Below are positions 61,101 to 64,000 of a DNA stretch of 64,000 nt, piece after piece. Every line of letters starts with the position of its first letter. The first letter of the stretch is position 1. A model generated the notes under the pieces. It had not been told where the DNA came from. It did not search any database and saw only the letters and a list, made by a program, of their open reading frames with translations. The position numbers and the translations under genes are program-made. Origin of the DNA: Porphyridium purpureum (Eukaryota); the NCBI GenBank assembly GCA_008690995.1, contig VRMN01000013.1:124001-188000 (forward strand), given 5' to 3'.

Positions 61101-63122
61101 TTGAAGCGATCGACTGTGCTTTTGAGGTTGAGCTTCCTGTCCACGACTATCGCGCGCGTCTAGGTCACAGTATATTAGCCCGAACAGATGCTGCGCAAAG
61201 TCCACAATGCCCAGTACCTTGAGCCGTTCTGCCGCAAACAACGTATACAGGCGCGCCTTGCGCATGTACGAGCGACGGCCTGCGAGCGAGCTTCCATTGC
61301 TTTCGCTCTTACTGCCAGTGCTGTCGCACACGTGGAGCTCAGCACAACGATACATCAGAATTCCGATCGCGATTTCCTCCAAGAGACTGTGCCGGAATGT
61401 ACCATGGGGAGATCTCGATTTAGCAGGCATACTAGATGGTGCACTCGGCACTGCGCGCGCTGAATCCGGTCCCGTTTGGCTGCTGACCCCGGGACCACCT
61501 TCGTTGGTGATATGTGAAAGAAAGCGGAGCACGCAAGCTTTCGCAAGCTCGTGGCGCTCATGCAAGGCATAGAAGCGGGCGAGCTGGAGCACCGCCAAGC
61601 TCGCACCAGCAACATGCGCGCTTTCCAGGAAGGCCTCGATGGCACTTTCCAGGCACGCGGCGACTTCACGGCGCGATGAAGCGGGTAGTAGTAAAAGCGT
61701 GTGTGCACACATGAGTGAAGCGTACGCGCCAGGCAACGCCGCGCGATTCGCCTTGTAGTCTTGCGCGACCAGGCGGTAATGCGACAGCGCTGGCTCATAA
61801 GCACCCTGCATGTACAACAGGTCTGCAAGAAAATGAAGCTTAAATTCAACCGAGTCGTATAGAAAGCGCACGTCGCCTGAAGTCGTAAGAACAATGCCGT
61901 TCCTTGTCTTGTCTGATGAACGGAACCAGCTTTTGAGCGTATTTTTGACGCCCTTGCGCACTCGGTCGGCGTATGCTAATAGCTGAGAGCATTTGGCGTC
62001 TACTTCCTCGCGTGTCCACCGCACAATCACCGCGTCCACCGCTTCACCTAGCGCACGTTCAAACGCTGCGCTGTGAGTAGCCTCACTCTTTCCAACTTTG
62101 GCGACGGGCTCATCGTCGCCTTCCATGTTCTGCTCTTTGCGGCCGAGAATGGCCACGTGCATGTTCGTGCAGTTCACTTCGGCATTCACCTTGGCCAGCG
62201 CCCGTAACGCGCGCTCGTTTTCTTCTATAGATGAGTCACGCTGAATCAGAAACACAAAGCGCGCCGCAGACGAAAGTGAGTAGAGATTCTGACTGTAGCT
62301 TGCTGGTAGCTCAGCCAGTGGCGGTGTCAGCAATGCATTAAGAGACGACACCAAGTTTGTCTCCCCGACCCATGCCGCGACCACAACTGCGAGCGGCTGA
62401 TTCAAAGGCTCAATATGGTTTTTGTCCGTCTGCGTCTGCAGTGCGCTGGCTAGAGCGTGAAACACCCGTGCGGCCTGTTGCTTTGCATCCGCCTGTACCG
62501 AAAGGTCTTCGAATGAACGACCTACACTGCGCGCGCTTGTACTTGTCCACTCGCTTATCTCATCGCGGAGACGCACGCCAGCCAGTTGGTGATCTGGATC
62601 TTCGTCGTGCAAGTCTCTGATTGTCGCGTACGTGACGCCAAAGGCCGGCGCGGCTGGGCGAGGCCTGAAGTCTTGAACCGGAGGATTCGGTGATGACGAG
62701 CCGCCTTGCAGATGATTGCTCTTAGCAGCCAATGCAATGGCCTTTCGTGGCAAAGGCTGCGGCGACAATGGCGCGTCGATCTCAAATGCTGCACGCGGAA
62801 TGGTTCCGTGCCGATCTTCTCCGAGCTCGCCCTTTTCCTGATGCAGAAGTGTCATGCCTCCCGCGTCCATCGATGACACCGATTGCACGGGAGTCCTCGC
62901 TGAGCCTTCCGTAGCCCCGTGCTCACGCAACGCCTCATGCCGTCGCGGCGTGAGCTTGTTTTCGCCGCATTGCTGCTCGAGCTGCCGATGCTGGAGCGCG
63001 CGCCCCAGCGACGTCCAGCGCCCACCAGACGCCTCACGAACCAGCAAGTCGCACGCCGGCGTTGAGCGCACCAGCACACGCACCCGCCGCGCGGCTACGC
63101 GAATCCCATGCCCATCGTCCAT
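58155..63122 (-). CDS. TRAPPC8: TRAPP III subunit TRAPPC8/Trs85-like
   Basis: RKGVKNTLKSWF, YDSVEFKLHFLADLLYMQGAYEPALSHYRLVAQDY, AVGETV, GRRLNDTREQR...PDRSL; about 1650 aa. Confidence 0.82.
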   Translation of the reverse strand: MDDGHGIRVAARRVRVLVRSTPACDLLVREASGGRWTSLGRALQHRQLEQQCGENKLTPRRHEALREHGATEGSARTPVQSVSSMDAGGMTLLHQEKGELGEDRHGTIPRAAFEIDAPLSPQPLPRKAIALAAKSNHLQGGSSSPNPPVQDFRPRPAAPAFGVTYATIRDLHDEDPDHQLAGVRLRDEISEWTSTSARSVGRSFEDLSVQADAKQQAARVFHALASALQTQTDKNHIEPLNQPLAVVVAAWVGETNLVSSLNALLTPPLAELPASYSQNLYSLSSAARFVFLIQRDSSIEENERALRALAKVNAEVNCTNMHVAILGRKEQNMEGDDEPVAKVGKSEATHSAAFERALGEAVDAVIVRWTREEVDAKCSQLLAYADRVRKGVKNTLKSWFRSSDKTRNGIVLTTSGDVRFLYDSVEFKLHFLADLLYMQGAYEPALSHYRLVAQDYKANRAALPGAYASLMCAHTLLLLPASSRREVAACLESAIEAFLESAHVAGASLAVLQLARFYALHERHELAKACVLRFLSHITNEGGPGVSSQTGPDSARAVPSAPSSMPAKSRSPHGTFRHSLLEEIAIGILMYRCAELHVCDSTGSKSESNGSSLAGRRSYMRKARLYTLFAAERLKVLGIVDFAQHLFGLIYCDLDARDSRGQEAQPQKHSRSLQFAMSWAEAKDEVLLSMCELELAKTPLSRQDASFVLRSISDILGTLKNSARMNRRSSSSMVPRFQDRLFLCLCKAVLALSASKIQTRATKEEQDCDGWEEDYVDFPLVADAGAMVRTLDSRRQISEISSTASGTTTLNSATVLRDEEGYWRSLDAELLERGAPLILSRKESEGAVPNNSTRPSFVKQLIMHVGDVKIGPERLERHSILNANSARDDALFTAVGETVRLSYTWNNVLSFPVHACNLRIVLSCARSDSNVRTLRVAPQPQGDMNKAVEYLIMPHTAVDVELSFVVETQGHVQVIGVTWDFFVDTAIPQTASSIETGLPAVSVVEVADGSDVSADSNRVVRPCGFPASLHVPGAHVFRKVGRRLNDTREQRRSETPVRWPDRSLNLIVLPQLGAVTCDIHMLPFIGAPASSERYAGRFREGQYVRAMLQVTNAGSVPLPAIALMLDRNLERNVCIHTTASDTKTDSGVFLLDALKPYETRQMELTLRMPQRKDERLKGTAGTAVIGTQKPYAGQSQVGSNGELSTVVRLSLLYLGLGGDSDPGTPGPGPVWRIARASRQFVVRRCLNVFLRYARRDVTTVTNTTTTTTTSTATDSKALGHGSASAATSLVQNKAHVLGVEVEHCWREAAEVYDIPAVFIGSPRICDGWLLERVPKPTQLESVGNTVDTAAAPGPMKHAISSLMRARSKGQHLKLRVNETGTLFVRLMRDESSPRLGDQVHGFCAETESGVQWLNLSTLHNETSEKDKDLQLDDARQYFAHVLGKRGGAYSFGLFVCWEHRASGARGDLVVPLGPSIWDEKIEGGLGSAVAPEPLREASRLHHQDEKIGPTKAVGVSVAYRLGGAASVVPLAGAPERSAVVVPVDVCIRNTTSRVMDLQAVRTGLMGVQSGSAVGGELKTTLRFLAPGCERIVRVVCTLFSHGPHRAEFLGTELHAMDERGQRYALLPRNLVSDPGFSIQVVDFSSAAVTVSPLVS

Positions 63123-63412
63123 ACCACCTTTCCGGCATGCTCGTCTTGCTCTTTCTCCTCTCACCGCACACCCACCAAAACGCCCTCACAACCGGTTGCG
63201 CCAAACCATCAACCGATATGGAAAACGGTTTCTCATTTTAACCGTTTGTCATGTTTATACACTTTTTTCTACCTTTTTTCATCTTTTTTTTCATCTTGTG
63301 CGTTTCTGGTCTTTTTCGTTTTTCATCTGGTGCTGGTGTTGAGGAGACGAAGAGAGCGAACAGAGGAGAGAAGAACGGTTTGTCGACGGGTGTTGACGGC
63401 GTGAGAGGAAAG

Positions 63413-64000
63413 ATGGAGGGCTCGGAGGACGCCGACATCGACTCCAAGTACTTTGTTGTGGATGATGAGGGAGAGCCGGGATCGCAGTCGCGCCCGCAAA
63501 CGCAGTCTGCGCAAGTGAGCGCGAACGCGCAGCCACGAAGCGACCGCGCCGCAGATGCTGCGACTCAGCATAAGAGGGCGAGTAGCTCGAATGCTAGTAA
63601 TCCAGAGTTGAAGAAACTTTTGAATCAGTTCGATGCGCTGTTTGATGATCGTGCGCGAGGAGACACCGCAGCTTCGGGAGGCGTTGCCCGCGCAGCGAAC
63701 GGCGGCGAGCACGATGTCAAGGTGAGCGTGCTCGCCGAAATGTTTCCGCATCTGCCACACGACGCCCTGCAGAAGGCTTTGGAAGCTCACTCGGGCTCTG
63801 TTGAGCGTGCGGTAGAGTATCTCCTGACGTTGTCCGGCGCGGGGAATCAAAACGAGACAAACGGCAACCAAGAAGGCGAAAACGATGGTGATGAGGTCGA
63901 CGAGGAGACCAAGGACGCACTGCGTCGTGTGGCACAGATGGAGGCCGATGAGCGTTTGGCAGCACAAATGCAAGAAAAGATAGTGAAGCAAGCATCCATG
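63413..64000 (+). CDS. CUE-domain ubiquitin-binding protein (3' end outside window)
   Basis: Manual translation from ATG 63413 is open to the window end: VSVLAEMFPHLPHDALQKALEAHSGSVERAVEYLL (CUE MFP...LL), then QMEADERLAAQMQ. Confidence 0.85.
   Translation, partial: MEGSEDADIDSKYFVVDDEGEPGSQSRPQTQSAQVSANAQPRSDRAADAATQHKRASSSNASNPELKKLLNQFDALFDDRARGDTAASGGVARAANGGEHDVKVSVLAEMFPHLPHDALQKALEAHSGSVERAVEYLLTLSGAGNQNETNGNQEGENDGDEVDEETKDALRRVAQMEADERLAAQMQEKIVKQASM

Noticed and set aside
8961..64000. Functional cluster of trafficking/ubiquitin genes (SEC13, LITAF, TBC, RBR, TRAPPC8, CUE)
   Set aside because: Dispersed among unrelated housekeeping genes; these classes are common, so co-location is likely chance.

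Overview
Gene-dense eukaryotic DNA, apparently intronless and moderately GC-rich, most likely from a unicellular red alga (Porphyridium-like). This rests on a red-type LHC (Lhcr) gene, a nucleus-encoded CpeS-type phycobilin lyase and MAF/MAAF-type plastid transit peptides. About 28 protein genes are supported: Dpy-30/adenylate-kinase-like (partial), SMPDL/ASM-like phosphoesterase, RTF2, TRM44, SEC13, MSH2, PSA2-like, two LITAF paralogues, RING-CH + AlgH/DUF179-like, CAX, two small orphans, CpeS, a 4-TM Orai/PGG-like protein, a RIM2-like carrier, DGAT1/ASAT, TrpF, SETD6-like, an RBR E3, TBC1D22/GYP1, a TPT-family transporter, cytochrome b5 reductase, coiled-coil + AMP-binding C domain, a C2H2 factor, an AT3-SGNH O-acyltransferase, a CAMK-group kinase, Lhcr, TRAPPC8 and a CUE protein (partial). 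No rRNA, tRNA, CRISPR or intact transposon was recognised. The most interesting signals are: (i) a recurrent upstream-region grammar of GTACAG clusters, 8-bp-periodic NWARCCG arrays and sense-strand (GA)n leaders; (ii) a bacterial-type AT3-SGNH acyltransferase with a 23x EEAERKAK spacer; (iii) TrpF and SET genes whose first ATGs share one CATG palindrome; (iv) a RING-CH/AlgH-like fusion. All family calls are motif recognition by eye; no searches were run.
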